A stretch of 51,214 nucleotides of DNA from Candidatus Thorarchaeota archaeon SMTZ1-45 (GTDB taxonomy: Archaea > Asgardarchaeota > Thorarchaeia > Thorarchaeales > Thorarchaeaceae). How positions within the stretch are numbered: position 1 is the first letter of the stretch; the number at the start of each line of letters is the position of its first letter. The notes below the pieces were generated by a model. It ran no database searches. It was not told where the DNA came from and saw only the letters and a program-made list of their open reading frames with translations. A program made the position numbers and the translations under genes. This document shows positions 1 to 9,026 of this stretch, piece after piece. The stretch spans positions 1 through 51,214 of the forward strand of contig LRSL01000072.1 in the NCBI GenBank assembly GCA_001563335.1. The letters are read 5' to 3'.

Positions 1-579
1 ACCCATTGGAGCTCCTCGTTCGGTTTCGAAGAATCCAGATTTATCCTCAGGAGCAGCTGTATCAGTTTCGATATCATGATCATGTTCGACATGGTGCTCC
101 ATCTCATGCTCAGCATCGTGTTCAACATCATGTTCTACATCATGATCCATATCGTGGTCCACGTCGTGGTCTACGTCATGGTCTAAGTCATGATCTAGTT
201 CGTGGACTGCAACTCCATGATCAACATCATATCCATGATCTAGGTCGTGATCCATCTCATGCCCAACATCATGGTCGATGTCATGATCAACATCGTGATC
301 TATATCGTGCTCAACATCATGGTCGATGTCATGATCAACATCGTGATCTATATCGTGCCCAACATCATGGTCGATGTCATGATCAACATCGTGATCTATA
401 TCGTGGTCAACATCATGGTCGACGTCATGGTCTACATCATGCTCAACATGTCCATGATCGGAAATAGCTGAAAAAATCCGTCCTAATGCAAACATACCAA
501 AAGTATAGAATAACCCAGCAATTAGTATACCAAACGATACCTCTCTAAGTAGTGCGGCAATTGCCACTAAATCCTGCAT
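1..579 (-). CDS. Membrane protein with long Asp/His (D-H-D-x) repeat, YqiJ/NfeD-like; 3' end runs off the window (missing from ORF track)
   Basis: Minus-strand frame is open from ATG at 579 (AAAGGAG upstream, in-frame TAG two codons before) to position 1: MQDLVAIAALLREVSFGILIAGLFYTFGMFALGRIFSAISDHGHVEHDVDHDVDHDVDHDIDHD...DIETDTAAPEDKSGFFETERGAPMG. A TM segment followed by a DH-rich tract is typical of YqiJ-type flotillin partners (family call is inference). Confidence 0.8.
   Translation of the reverse strand, partial: MQDLVAIAALLREVSFGILIAGLFYTFGMFALGRIFSAISDHGHVEHDVDHDVDHDVDHDIDHDVDHDIDHDVGHDIDHDVDHDIDHDVEHDIDHDVDHDIDHDVGHEMDHDLDHGYDVDHGVAVHELDHDLDHDVDHDVDHDMDHDVEHDVEHDAEHEMEHHVEHDHDIETDTAAPEDKSGFFETERGAPMG
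264..423. repeat. 48-bp tandem repeat (about 3.3 copies) built from 12-bp sub-units, inside the DH-repeat gene
   Basis: CAACATCATGGTCGATGTCATGATCAACATCGTGATCTATATCGTG starts at 264, 312 and 360, with a partial copy at 408. Degenerate 12-bp units extend from about 70 to 460. Confidence 0.95.
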
Positions 580-673
580 CTTCTATCGATTGACTCCTTT
601 GGATGGAATGTAGACCCCACTGCTGGCTACTTGAGTAGCTATACTCATGAAGACAAATAAACCTGAGCAACTC

Positions 674-2491
674 TTAGTTCCTTGGAATACGATCTGATTC
701 ATTTTCTATTTGGATATTTCTTGATATTTTTGCACTCGGATTGACAAACCTGCTTGACTTTATTGAAACATCGGATATATCGAGTTTCTTTTGGGTTAAC
801 CTGATTTGAGATGTTTCAATTTGAAAGGCAATCAACACGACAAGAAACAAGAGTGCTGGGTATAAACTCAGTGGGAAGAGCCTGGTGCTATATGACAATA
901 TGTCTATACCAACTCTAAATGAGAGAGCAATTATCAAGGTCCTTCCAGATATCATTATGATTTCAGTAGCTGTCATCCTTTTACTACTAAACTCCAAGCA
1001 ATTTCCAACAATTCGGAGTCCAAGGGATATGATGAGAAGCATATAGGAAGAAATGTATCCAATTAAGTAATATAATATACCAAATGAACCAAAATCAAGG
1101 AAAACTAGATGATATTGTTCCACCAGATAGCTTTGATTCAGCCAGATGCCATTCATAAGAATAAATCCAGAGAAAAGAACTATTGATATTACAAGGTCTC
1201 CGACTGCTTCAAACCTTGACCTTTTCCCAATGATGTCATTTGTCCGTCTATTACTTATACTCCAACGACGAAATAGGAAATATAAAACAACAGGACTCAA
1301 AAAAATAGGTCCAAAGAAAATTGCAATCCAAACCGGAGCAAACCATGGTGTGTATATATTTTTGGATATCATTAAGCAATAAGTTGGAATTATTGTGAAT
1401 AACATAATCCATCCTATAATCTTGAGAGTGGTTGCACCAGCAGCATTTGCAGTCTTTTGCAGTAGTTTATCAGTAAATTGTTTGGATGCTGTTGGTTGAA
1501 ACTCAGCTGCTTCCAACCAGAAATCGCCTCCACGGATGACCAGCTGGAAAAACAATACTGATCCCCAGACTACTGAGTAAATCCAGATAAATGGTAGGAA
1601 CGAGAAAGATCCAATTGCATAATGAGCAAACCAAATTTGAGAGCTATCAATGAGGAATAAAGCAATGATTGTTGTTAATAGTTCACGTTTGATGTAATCA
1701 GCTGGGTTCAAAGAGCTCATACGACTTCCACTATAGAATGCTTTCGCCATAAGAGCTACTGAGGTTGGAATTCCAATAAGAGGAATGTAATATGGACTTG
1801 GAACATAAAGGGTAGATAGGACAAATAAACCAACTCCAATCAGAGACCCAAGAATATCCACAGCAACCAAAATATTGGAAGGTTCTCTGATTACATTCTC
1901 TGGAAGTGTGAAGAACCTTTGTAGAAGTGGCCATTCAGGATAGCTACGTTTCCAGAGTACTACTTTTCTTCTTTTCAAGGAGTAGCTCAATAGACCTATT
2001 ACAATCAAGACTAGAATAATTTGACAAGCGAGTGTTATCACTGTACCAGGTAACAACCAGATTGGTCCAAGAAGGGTAGATGCAAGGTTAATGAGTAACG
2101 ACCAAACAGCTACAATTGATAATCCTTGAAGGAAGAAATTGAAATAAGATACTGTTGGATTTGCTCGAAGTTCATGTTCCTCAGTTGTTGATGGAGGTTC
2201 CTTCAACTGTTCTTGAGTTGGTTTATCACGAGAGGCTTCTTCATTTAATCTTGGAATTGTTTCTGGGAGCATAGAATATTTATATTCCTCAGCCACCTCG
2301 CTAGGGGCTCCAAATTGAGCAACTACTTTTTTTGCAGCTTGTAGAGTCAACTCCCCGTTGCCTAGATCGAATGCTGTTTCAATCATATAGGTTCTAAGCT
2401 CTGTTATCACATCATCTGAAATTGACTCTGGCAGATGGTCATTTACTAGCGATAGATATTCTTCAATGACTCGTTCCGGTTCCTCAGTCAA
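674..2491 (-). CDS. Polytopic membrane protein with N-terminal HAAS/DUF1700-like domain
   Basis: N-terminus IEEYLSLVNDHLP...ELRTYMIE...AQFGAPSEVAEEY fits the HAAS pattern, followed by many TM helices. Likely TTG start at 2491 overlaps the PadR stop (TTGA); the ORF track extends to 2545. Confidence 0.75.
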   Translation of the reverse strand: MTEEPERVIEEYLSLVNDHLPESISDDVITELRTYMIETAFDLGNGELTLQAAKKVVAQFGAPSEVAEEYKYSMLPETIPRLNEEASRDKPTQEQLKEPPSTTEEHELRANPTVSYFNFFLQGLSIVAVWSLLINLASTLLGPIWLLPGTVITLACQIILVLIVIGLLSYSLKRRKVVLWKRSYPEWPLLQRFFTLPENVIREPSNILVAVDILGSLIGVGLFVLSTLYVPSPYYIPLIGIPTSVALMAKAFYSGSRMSSLNPADYIKRELLTTIIALFLIDSSQIWFAHYAIGSFSFLPFIWIYSVVWGSVLFFQLVIRGGDFWLEAAEFQPTASKQFTDKLLQKTANAAGATTLKIIGWIMLFTIIPTYCLMISKNIYTPWFAPVWIAIFFGPIFLSPVVLYFLFRRWSISNRRTNDIIGKRSRFEAVGDLVISIVLFSGFILMNGIWLNQSYLVEQYHLVFLDFGSFGILYYLIGYISSYMLLIISLGLRIVGNCLEFSSKRMTATEIIMISGRTLIIALSFRVGIDILSYSTRLFPLSLYPALLFLVVLIAFQIETSQIRLTQKKLDISDVSIKSSRFVNPSAKISRNIQIENESDRIPRN

Positions 2492-2865
2492 TTCAACCCC
2501 GCCTCCTTTATCAGAAGCATTAACTGGTCGTTCATGCTTTGCCAACTCTTTACCATCCTCCGCAGAATTCTACGACCATCTCTGGTGACATAGTACAACC
2601 TTCTCCGTTTCCCTGATGAATCAGACCATCTTCCCTCCAAAATACCCCGCTTCTCCAATCTACGCAATAGAGGGTAAGTTGTGCTTGGTTCAAGCTGAAG
2701 TGAATCATACTCCTCTCCACCAAGCTTCTTCATGATGTCATACCCATACGACTCTCCATCGAGTATTATTGCTAAGATAGCTAACGATAAAGCACCACGC
2801 CGGATTTCCAATGACCATCGTTCGTATTCTATTTCAGGACCTGCATTGTCGCTATCCTCTGCCAT
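2488..2865 (-). CDS. PadR family transcriptional regulator
   Basis: RRGALSLAILAII...YGYDIMKKL...STTYPLLRRLEKRGILEGRW...RRRLYYVTRDGR. Confidence 0.93.
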   Translation of the reverse strand: MAEDSDNAGPEIEYERWSLEIRRGALSLAILAIILDGESYGYDIMKKLGGEEYDSLQLEPSTTYPLLRRLEKRGILEGRWSDSSGKRRRLYYVTRDGRRILRRMVKSWQSMNDQLMLLIKEAGLN

Positions 2866-2886
2866 TGGTCATCAATCTCCACTTAC

Positions 2887-2919
2887 TATGTGCCACGATA
2901 TAGTATGTGGTACGATATA
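2887..2919. promoter_or_regulatory. Two tandem imperfect-palindromic boxes, candidate PadR autoregulatory operator
   Basis: TATGTGCCACGATATA (2887-2902) and TATGTGGTACGATATA (2904-2919) are 14/16 identical. They lie between a minus-strand TATA-like TTAAATATAT (2926-2917) and the padR start. Confidence 0.65.
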
Positions 2920-2992
2920 TATTTAACCCTTTCACATGAATAAACATGCCCCAAACACCTTAATATGGAAGATTTAGCATCGAACCACAGAG

Positions 2993-3394
2993 GTGCTCAC
3001 ACTGAGTATTGTAGACCATATTGCTTCACTACTTGATTCGGTGGATATAAAGTACACACGCGAAGACAATGTCTTGATGATGAGGTGGAAGACTGACCAT
3101 TTCGAGGATTTGAAAATCAAGATTGTCACTAACAAAGACGAGTCATGGGCTTACATTGTTGCACCATTCACGAACTTCTATGAAGTGGAAGAAACCAAGA
3201 GAATGAAACTTGCATACGACATGTTGAAAGAATCTTGGAAAGCAAATGGTGTGAAGTTCGCTATTGATGATGACGATGATATCATTGTAATCGCAGAAAC
3301 CAATGATACAGATCTGACCGGAGAGGAAGTAAGAACTCTCGTTGGTCATGTTGTACATGCCTGTGACACTTTATGGGAAATCTATCCTGCATGA
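2993..3394 (+). CDS. YbjN-domain (sensory transduction regulator / T3S chaperone-like fold) protein
   Basis: 133 aa acidic protein, ...LAYDMLKESWKANGVKFAIDDDDDIIVIAETNDTDLTGEEVR... matches the YbjN pattern. Start may be CTG at 3002. Confidence 0.65.
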   Translation: MLTLSIVDHIASLLDSVDIKYTREDNVLMMRWKTDHFEDLKIKIVTNKDESWAYIVAPFTNFYEVEETKRMKLAYDMLKESWKANGVKFAIDDDDDIIVIAETNDTDLTGEEVRTLVGHVVHACDTLWEIYPA

Positions 3395-3506
3395 CTTGAA
3401 TAGATCTAGAATTACGCTTGATACTATAGATGTATCGAGCATCACTTGATTTTGAATATTCGACATCTTCATAAGTTGCTTGAACAGAACCCCCCGCGTG
3501 AGCCAA

Positions 3507-4049
3507 ATGACTGAGTCCGATTCTCATGAGCCGTTTCCTGCAGACAAGAGGGAGCGGTTAGTGAACATTTTCTATCCTAAGAGGGCTTCTTTCATCTTCT
3601 ACTATGTCTTTGGCACAGTTGTTTTCATTGTTGGGCTAGGTTTCATGACTATCACATCTTATGGCGGATTAGGTGGCAATATAATCTCGTGGTCTATTAG
3701 CGCAGGTGCAATGGTCTTTGGAATCCTACTAGTGGCCTGGGCGGAGAGTAGACGTTGGTTCACCCTCTACATTATAACTACGTGGAATGTTAGAGTGAGG
3801 AAAGGTGTCTTCTCAAGAAAAACAAAGAGAATTTTTTATGATGAGATTGCTATCTTGCATTGCTCAGGACCTCCAGATGAGCGAAAAGTGGGCATGGGCG
3901 ATGTTGAGATTTTCACATCTGAAGATGACGAAGCCCCTGCACTTGTCTTTGATGGAGTTCATAATCCCGATGGAGTTCGTGAGATTATTAGTAGGTTTAT
4001 CCAGACAATTCCAGACCCATTGCCATGGGGGCATCTTGACCGGTCTTAA
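3507..4049 (+). CDS. Two-TM protein with bacterial PH (bPH_2) domain
   Basis: Two TM helices then YIITTWNVRVRKGVFSRKTKRIFYDEI...GMGDVEIFTS...FDGVHNPDGVREII. Confidence 0.8.
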   Translation: MTESDSHEPFPADKRERLVNIFYPKRASFIFYYVFGTVVFIVGLGFMTITSYGGLGGNIISWSISAGAMVFGILLVAWAESRRWFTLYIITTWNVRVRKGVFSRKTKRIFYDEIAILHCSGPPDERKVGMGDVEIFTSEDDEAPALVFDGVHNPDGVREIISRFIQTIPDPLPWGHLDRS

Positions 4050-4177
4050 TGGAGAATTCCTAAAACTGCATATTTCACGAAGATAAGTTATCTCGCAAGT
4101 GACCTTTATTATGGTCTGTTGACATAAGCACAAAAGAAATCAAGGCAAAATTACAGGTAATATTGGAGAGGAATTAG

Positions 4178-4897
4178 GTGACCAGGTTCACCCTAAGGTA
4201 TGTAGCTTCGGATGGCGAGAAATACCAGGTCGAAAAAGATGATCATTTTACTGAAATCGACCTGTCAGAAACGAGTATAAAATCCATTAGCTTGGAACCT
4301 TTGGGTCAATGCTCAAAACTTGAAAAACTGAATCTCAATACAAATCTGATTGATGAGATTGACCTGACTCCTTTATCCTTCTGTTCAAGCCTGAAGATAT
4401 TAAGCATGACCTCGAATGAATTAACTCAAATTGATATTAACCCTTTATCCAATTGCTTTGCTCTCCAAGCTCTTGAGATCTCAGATAATAGACTGACAGA
4501 AATTGACCTTTCTCCGTTGAGTAAATGCCCAGAATTGAGATGGTTATATATTTCTGACAATCGATTAAAGGAGCTAGATCTTAACCCACTTAGAGGTTTG
4601 TCAAAGCTACAATATTTAGTTCTTTCAGGAAATCTACTTCGTGAAATTGATTTGCGTCCATTAGCTCATGCTAGAGACCTACGATATGTTCATCTAAATG
4701 AGAACTCTTTCCAAACAATCGATATCTCAGTATTATTCCACTTTGACAATCTTGAATCATTCATCGTAGATGAGAGTGTTGTTTTGATTGCAAATCATAA
4801 GTTAAAACATCTTCACTACTTTCCGGATCCAATTAATGAGAGACTAGAAGAAGTCCAATGGTCTCATGAAGTTCCAGAATCCTCATCAACTAGCTAA
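4178..4897 (+). CDS. Leucine-rich repeat protein
   Basis: 22-residue repeats LxxLxLxxNxLxxIDLxPLxxC; GTG start after GGAGAGG. Confidence 0.92.
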   Translation: MTRFTLRYVASDGEKYQVEKDDHFTEIDLSETSIKSISLEPLGQCSKLEKLNLNTNLIDEIDLTPLSFCSSLKILSMTSNELTQIDINPLSNCFALQALEISDNRLTEIDLSPLSKCPELRWLYISDNRLKELDLNPLRGLSKLQYLVLSGNLLREIDLRPLAHARDLRYVHLNENSFQTIDISVLFHFDNLESFIVDESVVLIANHKLKHLHYFPDPINERLEEVQWSHEVPESSSTS

Positions 4898-4971
4898 CGA
4901 AATAATACTTAACAATTTATGAATAAAACAAAAGCAGTGCAATTGCGAAAGTTTGGCTGGGAGTATATCCT

Positions 4972-5808
4972 ATGGCTGAAATTCACATAACTTTCAAAAT
5001 AGAAAATGGAGTTGAACTCTACCTAGAAACTCGAGATGATGTTACAGAGGTCGACTTATCTGGGCGGAATATTGTAGAGATAGATTTGTCGCAATTAATC
5101 AAATGCAAGACGCTAAGAGATGTTAATCTTTCAGCTAACTTAATACGGTCTATTGACCTAGGACCTCTTCAGGAATGTCCTAGTCTTGAGAAACTATTAC
5201 TCGGATCAAACCTAATTTCATCAATAGATTTGACTGGCATTGAGAATTGTTCAAACTTAGACACATTCTCTCTTGAGATAAATAAGCTACAAAGGATTGA
5301 CCTTTCACCATTAATGTCATGTTTAAAACTTCAAGAGCTAAATCTGCAACTAAACGATTTCATTGAAATAGATTTGTCGCCACTAAGAAAGTGTACTGCT
5401 CTGCGTTTTCTCAGACTGGATAATAACGAATTATGCAATATTGACTTGGAGCCTTTGTCGGGGTGTCCGAATCTTCAAGAACTCTTTCTCGAAGGTAATA
5501 ATCTAGAAGAGATTAATCTTTCCCCATTAAAGACATGTGAGGCACTTGAGGGCTTATGGCTTCGTTCAGCAGGTATCCTCCAAATTGATCTAGAACCATT
5601 AAGGGAATGCAAGAATCTTCTCTGGCTTGATATCAGCGAGAATCTCATGAAGACTATCGATATTACTCCATTGTATTATTGCCATGACCTCGAATCCCTT
5701 ATGATTGATGAAACTGTACCAATAATGGCTAATGTGGGGCTCTCATATAGTCTCTGGCCAAATACAATAGAAGAAATCAAAGATCGGATATTCTGGGTTG
5801 ATATGTAG
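4972..5808 (+). CDS. Leucine-rich repeat protein (tandem paralog)
   Basis: Same 22-residue LRR consensus and similar N- and C-caps as 4178..4897. Confidence 0.92.
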   Translation: MAEIHITFKIENGVELYLETRDDVTEVDLSGRNIVEIDLSQLIKCKTLRDVNLSANLIRSIDLGPLQECPSLEKLLLGSNLISSIDLTGIENCSNLDTFSLEINKLQRIDLSPLMSCLKLQELNLQLNDFIEIDLSPLRKCTALRFLRLDNNELCNIDLEPLSGCPNLQELFLEGNNLEEINLSPLKTCEALEGLWLRSAGILQIDLEPLRECKNLLWLDISENLMKTIDITPLYYCHDLESLMIDETVPIMANVGLSYSLWPNTIEEIKDRIFWVDM

Positions 5809-5878
5809 CCGTCCTGGTCATACCCCGGTGACACTAGCTCTAATTTTGAATGTCTTCATTCAGTTATCTGTGGCATCT

Positions 5879-6541
5879 ATGACTACCACTGATGATAATA
5901 CAGCACGGGTCACTCTCCGGATTGCAGGAGCTCTTCAAGAGATACGGGATATCTGGGCAAAGAGATTGGATGTTTATTTTACACAGATTCAGTCTTTGAT
6001 TGATGGTCAGTGGTTAGACTCCAAAGACATAATTGGCATAATCCGAGAAGCTCGCATGGCAACTCGCGAAGCCCTAGATGGATTAGGTAATGACCTAAGC
6101 GCAGAATTGGTACATGCTTCAAATGGAGTGGTTGCTCGATATGAAGCTGAAAGACTATCATTCGTTGAAGAGATAAATGATCTGAGAGATGAAATAAGTC
6201 GACTTCTTTCAGGTGATGAGAACACGCTAAGACGGGAAAATGAGTCACTCCGAGCTGCTTTAGACGCAATTCCCGAGTTTAGACTACTCAGACTCATCCA
6301 ACGTAATCGTAGGTGTGATTATAATAGACTTGCTGAAGAATCCCATGAGAAAAAATCAGCAGTTCGCAAAATGGTCAAAGAATTGGTGAAGAAGGGGTAT
6401 GTCAGTGTTGACAAAAAATCCCGACCTCATGCAATCATATATTTGTTGGCTCCGTGGACTCAGAAGGACCATTGCTCTCAGACCGATCTTGCAAGTCTAC
6501 AGAGAGAGTCTTTTCAACACGCTGAAATTGAACCTCGCTAG
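5879..6541 (+). CDS. Coiled-coil protein with C-terminal winged HTH
   Basis: Heptad region (ERLSFVEEINDLRDEISRLL...LRRENESLRAAL) then IPEFRLLRLIQ...VRKMVKELVKKGYVSVD. ATG at 5879 avoids overlap with the LRR gene. Confidence 0.65.
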   Translation: MTTTDDNTARVTLRIAGALQEIRDIWAKRLDVYFTQIQSLIDGQWLDSKDIIGIIREARMATREALDGLGNDLSAELVHASNGVVARYEAERLSFVEEINDLRDEISRLLSGDENTLRRENESLRAALDAIPEFRLLRLIQRNRRCDYNRLAEESHEKKSAVRKMVKELVKKGYVSVDKKSRPHAIIYLLAPWTQKDHCSQTDLASLQRESFQHAEIEPR

Positions 6542-7406
6542 CCCCCATTGCCTTAGCTATTCTTTGCATGGTGCTGCCAGTCCATTTGATAGTAAGCTCA
6601 TTCAATATTATAACAGGCAGAATGAATGCCATAACTAGAAATGGTAATCCAACTGTCCATCCCAGACTTGCCATTACATTAACAAAATTCATGATCTCAC
6701 CATTTACCAAGAATTTCAGATAGAAATATCGATGGAACATTGCGATTGGAAATGCAAGTATTCCAAATCCTCCAAGAAGATTAGAAAACCATCGCCCTAC
6801 ACCTTCTGTGTCAGGACATCTTCTATATTCAAGGTGCTTTGGTTTTACGTGTGCTACAATTCCAGAGTCATTTAGGAGCCAGGTAGGTGAAAATAGTGCA
6901 ATACTGATTGTCAGTGCAATTAACGCACCAAACATAGTGACCAGAGGGTTTAGATAAGGATCTATCGCCCGAGCATCTGATGCTTCCATCGGTGGAATCC
7001 AAAATATAACTCCATTAAGAAGACTGATTACCAATTCTCCCAACGAAAGTGCAAAGAGCGCTGGAACAACAGCCCTCTTCATTATCCGAACCCAGTTGAA
7101 ACCTTGCCCAATTCTCATAATATCGAATTTGTATGTAGCAACACGAAATACTTTGGCAAATAGTAACATGATAAAGGCGAATGGAAGTGTCAAAACCAGA
7201 AATTCAATAAAGAAGATGGGAATAAGAAGCATTAGTAGGAAACTGATATCGAAATTCAGTGTTCCATCAATTGCTGGTACCAAGTCAATTACTGGTCGAA
7301 TGTTTATTACTCTAGCTACTAAGATTTGAGTCATCCAAAATGTGAGAATCATTCCTATCGCTGAAAAGATAAGTGGCACAATGAATCGTTTGTAGTCATT
7401 CGCCAT
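6435..7406 (-). CDS. Hypothetical polytopic membrane protein
   Basis: 323 aa ORF with about 6 hydrophobic segments. Confidence 0.75.
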   Translation of the reverse strand: MANDYKRFIVPLIFSAIGMILTFWMTQILVARVINIRPVIDLVPAIDGTLNFDISFLLMLLIPIFFIEFLVLTLPFAFIMLLFAKVFRVATYKFDIMRIGQGFNWVRIMKRAVVPALFALSLGELVISLLNGVIFWIPPMEASDARAIDPYLNPLVTMFGALIALTISIALFSPTWLLNDSGIVAHVKPKHLEYRRCPDTEGVGRWFSNLLGGFGILAFPIAMFHRYFYLKFLVNGEIMNFVNVMASLGWTVGLPFLVMAFILPVIILNELTIKWTGSTMQRIAKAMGASEVQFQRVEKTLSVDLQDRSESNGPSESTEPTNI

Positions 7407-7486
7407 CTCTTTGACCCTTTGACTTTCTTCTGTCCTTTGGTTCTAAGGCTATCGGTGGCAAACCAGATGCCCTACTCAAGATTTAT

Positions 7487-7539
7487 ATGTAGACCTCTAC
7501 TTATATTATGTAGAGCTCTACATAAGTAGGTGTCTACAT
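7487..7539. promoter_or_regulatory. Three PadR-type ATGT-N8-ACAT operator boxes directly before padR
   Basis: ATGTAGACCTCTACTT (7487-7502); perfect 20-bp palindrome TTATGTAGAGCTCTACATAA (7506-7525); AAGTAGGTGTCTACAT (7524-7539). TATA-like TTTATAT at 7482-7488. Confidence 0.8.
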
Positions 7540-8118
7540 ATGACTTTCAGCAGCATGGGCAGACTCAAACCCCACAAGACAAGACTCAGCCCTGTCCAAG
7601 TACTCATTCTAGCAATCCTAAAAGATAACCCGGCTCATGGCTATGTAATTATCCAGAAGCTTGGAGAACGGCTAGGTCCGATAAGAGTGAAGAGTGGGAC
7701 AATTTACCCAGCACTCCATCGACTTGTCGAAAAGGAATTAATCAATGGAACTCATGTTCCGCAAGAAGATGGACCAGATACAGTCAAGTATCAACTAACT
7801 CCAAAAGGACGAAAAGTTCTCTCTGTGGCACTTCAAAATCTGGATTCAGAGTGGGGAGCACAGGGGAAAATTTGGCGGTTTTTGGTTAGTCAGGCTGGTG
7901 AGAGGGCGGCTGCGCCTCTATTGGACTGGACTGTCCGTGAACGTAGCCCAATTGGATTTGCAGCCATGAAAGCAAGATGTGAATCAGGTCGTTGTTCTCA
8001 AAGACACCTCGAGTTCCTAAAACAGTATCGCTCATACTTGAATCATGAACTTGATTGGGTCAACAAGCAACTCGAAGATATGAAGAGCTCCATGAAGAAG
8101 GAAGGAGGTGAAGAGTGA
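7540..8118 (+). CDS. PadR family transcriptional regulator with C-terminal helical extension
   Basis: ILAILKDNPAHGYVIIQKL...KSGTIYPALHRLVEKELI...KYQLTPKGR. Confidence 0.92.
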   Translation: MTFSSMGRLKPHKTRLSPVQVLILAILKDNPAHGYVIIQKLGERLGPIRVKSGTIYPALHRLVEKELINGTHVPQEDGPDTVKYQLTPKGRKVLSVALQNLDSEWGAQGKIWRFLVSQAGERAAAPLLDWTVRERSPIGFAAMKARCESGRCSQRHLEFLKQYRSYLNHELDWVNKQLEDMKSSMKKEGGEE

Positions 8119-8121
8119 TAG

Positions 8122-8325
8122 ATGTGTGGAGAACATAGAGGTCATAGATATCATGGTCATTTTACAGGTCCCTTCATGCATTCATGGGGCTGCGCACCCT
8201 ATGAACAAAGCAGAGAAACCAAGATCAAGAGTCTAGAGGCTTTCAAATCAAAACTTGAGGACCATATCAAGCACATAGATGAGAAAATTGCTGAACTTGA
8301 GAAAGAAAACGCTCAGGAAGCATAA
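8122..8325 (+). CDS. Small His/Cys-rich coiled-coil protein (DUF5320-like)
   Basis: MCGEHRGHRYHGHF...GC then a coiled coil; strong GGAGGTGA SD upstream. Confidence 0.7.
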   Translation: MCGEHRGHRYHGHFTGPFMHSWGCAPYEQSRETKIKSLEAFKSKLEDHIKHIDEKIAELEKENAQEA

Positions 8326-8343
8326 CAATCTTTGAATAATAGA

Positions 8344-8355
8344 AGCGACGTCGCT
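8344..8355 (+). terminator. Palindrome/hairpin after the padR operon
   Basis: AGCGACGTCGCT perfect palindrome followed by a T-rich tract. Confidence 0.35.
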
Positions 8356-8442
8356 CATTCTTTGTTGATTTAAAATTGTTCTCAATATGTTCAAAATCCA
8401 AGTATGTTAAGAGGAGCTTCTAAATGCTCTCGAATTGTCAAC

Positions 8443-8471
8443 ACGGTTGTGCACGTTCATTGCACAAACGT
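8443..8471. promoter_or_regulatory. 29-bp pseudo-palindromic operator candidate (copy 1) upstream of tlpA-ccdA
   Basis: ACGGTTGTGCACGTTCATTGCACAAACGT, with TTGTGCA-N7-TGCACAA core, abutting TATA-like TTTTAAG at 8471. Confidence 0.55.
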
Positions 8472-8527
8472 TTTAAGTTGCCTTTAGACCTATCCTAATA
8501 TAGGAACATTGGAGAGGTTAATCTACG

Positions 8528-9011
8528 ATGGAACCAGAGAAATTCGCACTTGTTAGTGTTACACTTGTGATTGTGTCAGTTGGAATGGCTATAGGTGTGT
8601 CATTTCTTACTTTTCCCCAAGATAATGATGATGGACACAATCAACTAACACAGACAACGAGAGATACCGACCTGTTAGAACTTGGCTTGAAGGTTCATGA
8701 CTACGTGGTGTTCAACATGCACAACCCAGAATGGATATCTTGAAACAGTTCATAATAGCCTAGCAGGAACCGTAGTCATTATTTCTTTGACAGTCGATTC
8801 ATCTGAAACAACCTCAATGATGGCTGACTACAAATCAAGTAGAGATCTTCCTTGGGCACATGGAGTTGATAATCGGCAATTCTTGAATTATTTCAGCATA
8901 TCATCTGTGCCTTCCATGGTTTTGATTGATTCTGATGGGTTCTTCAGATATTTCCATGTTGGACTATGGTCTGCTGTAAGTATATCTGATACAGTTGGAT
9001 TAATTCTATAA
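8528..9011 (+). pseudogene. TlpA/ResA-like membrane-anchored thiol-disulfide oxidoreductase, split by frameshift or internal deletion
   Basis: ORF 8528-8743 has the signal-anchor to ...ELGLKV. A different frame (8697-9011) has FMTTWCSTC...IISLTVD...SSVPSMVLIDSDG. The usual linker before WCxxC is absent. Lies directly upstream of ccdA. Confidence 0.7.
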
Positions 9012-9026
9012 TAGGAGAGTTGTGGG

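Noticed and set aside
70-460. Repeat array considered as CRISPR
   Set aside because: Contiguous 12/48-bp coding tandem repeats with no unique spacers and no cas genes.
6-471. His-rich 153-aa and Met/Ile/Val-rich 74-aa ORFs on the + strand
   Set aside because: Antisense shadows of the minus-strand D-H-D-x repeat gene; repeat periodicity keeps these frames open.
8687-8743. Programmed frameshift or selenocysteine read-through in the tlpA-like gene
   Set aside because: No slippery heptamer, the TGA is not at the CxxC site, and a conserved segment is missing in both frames.
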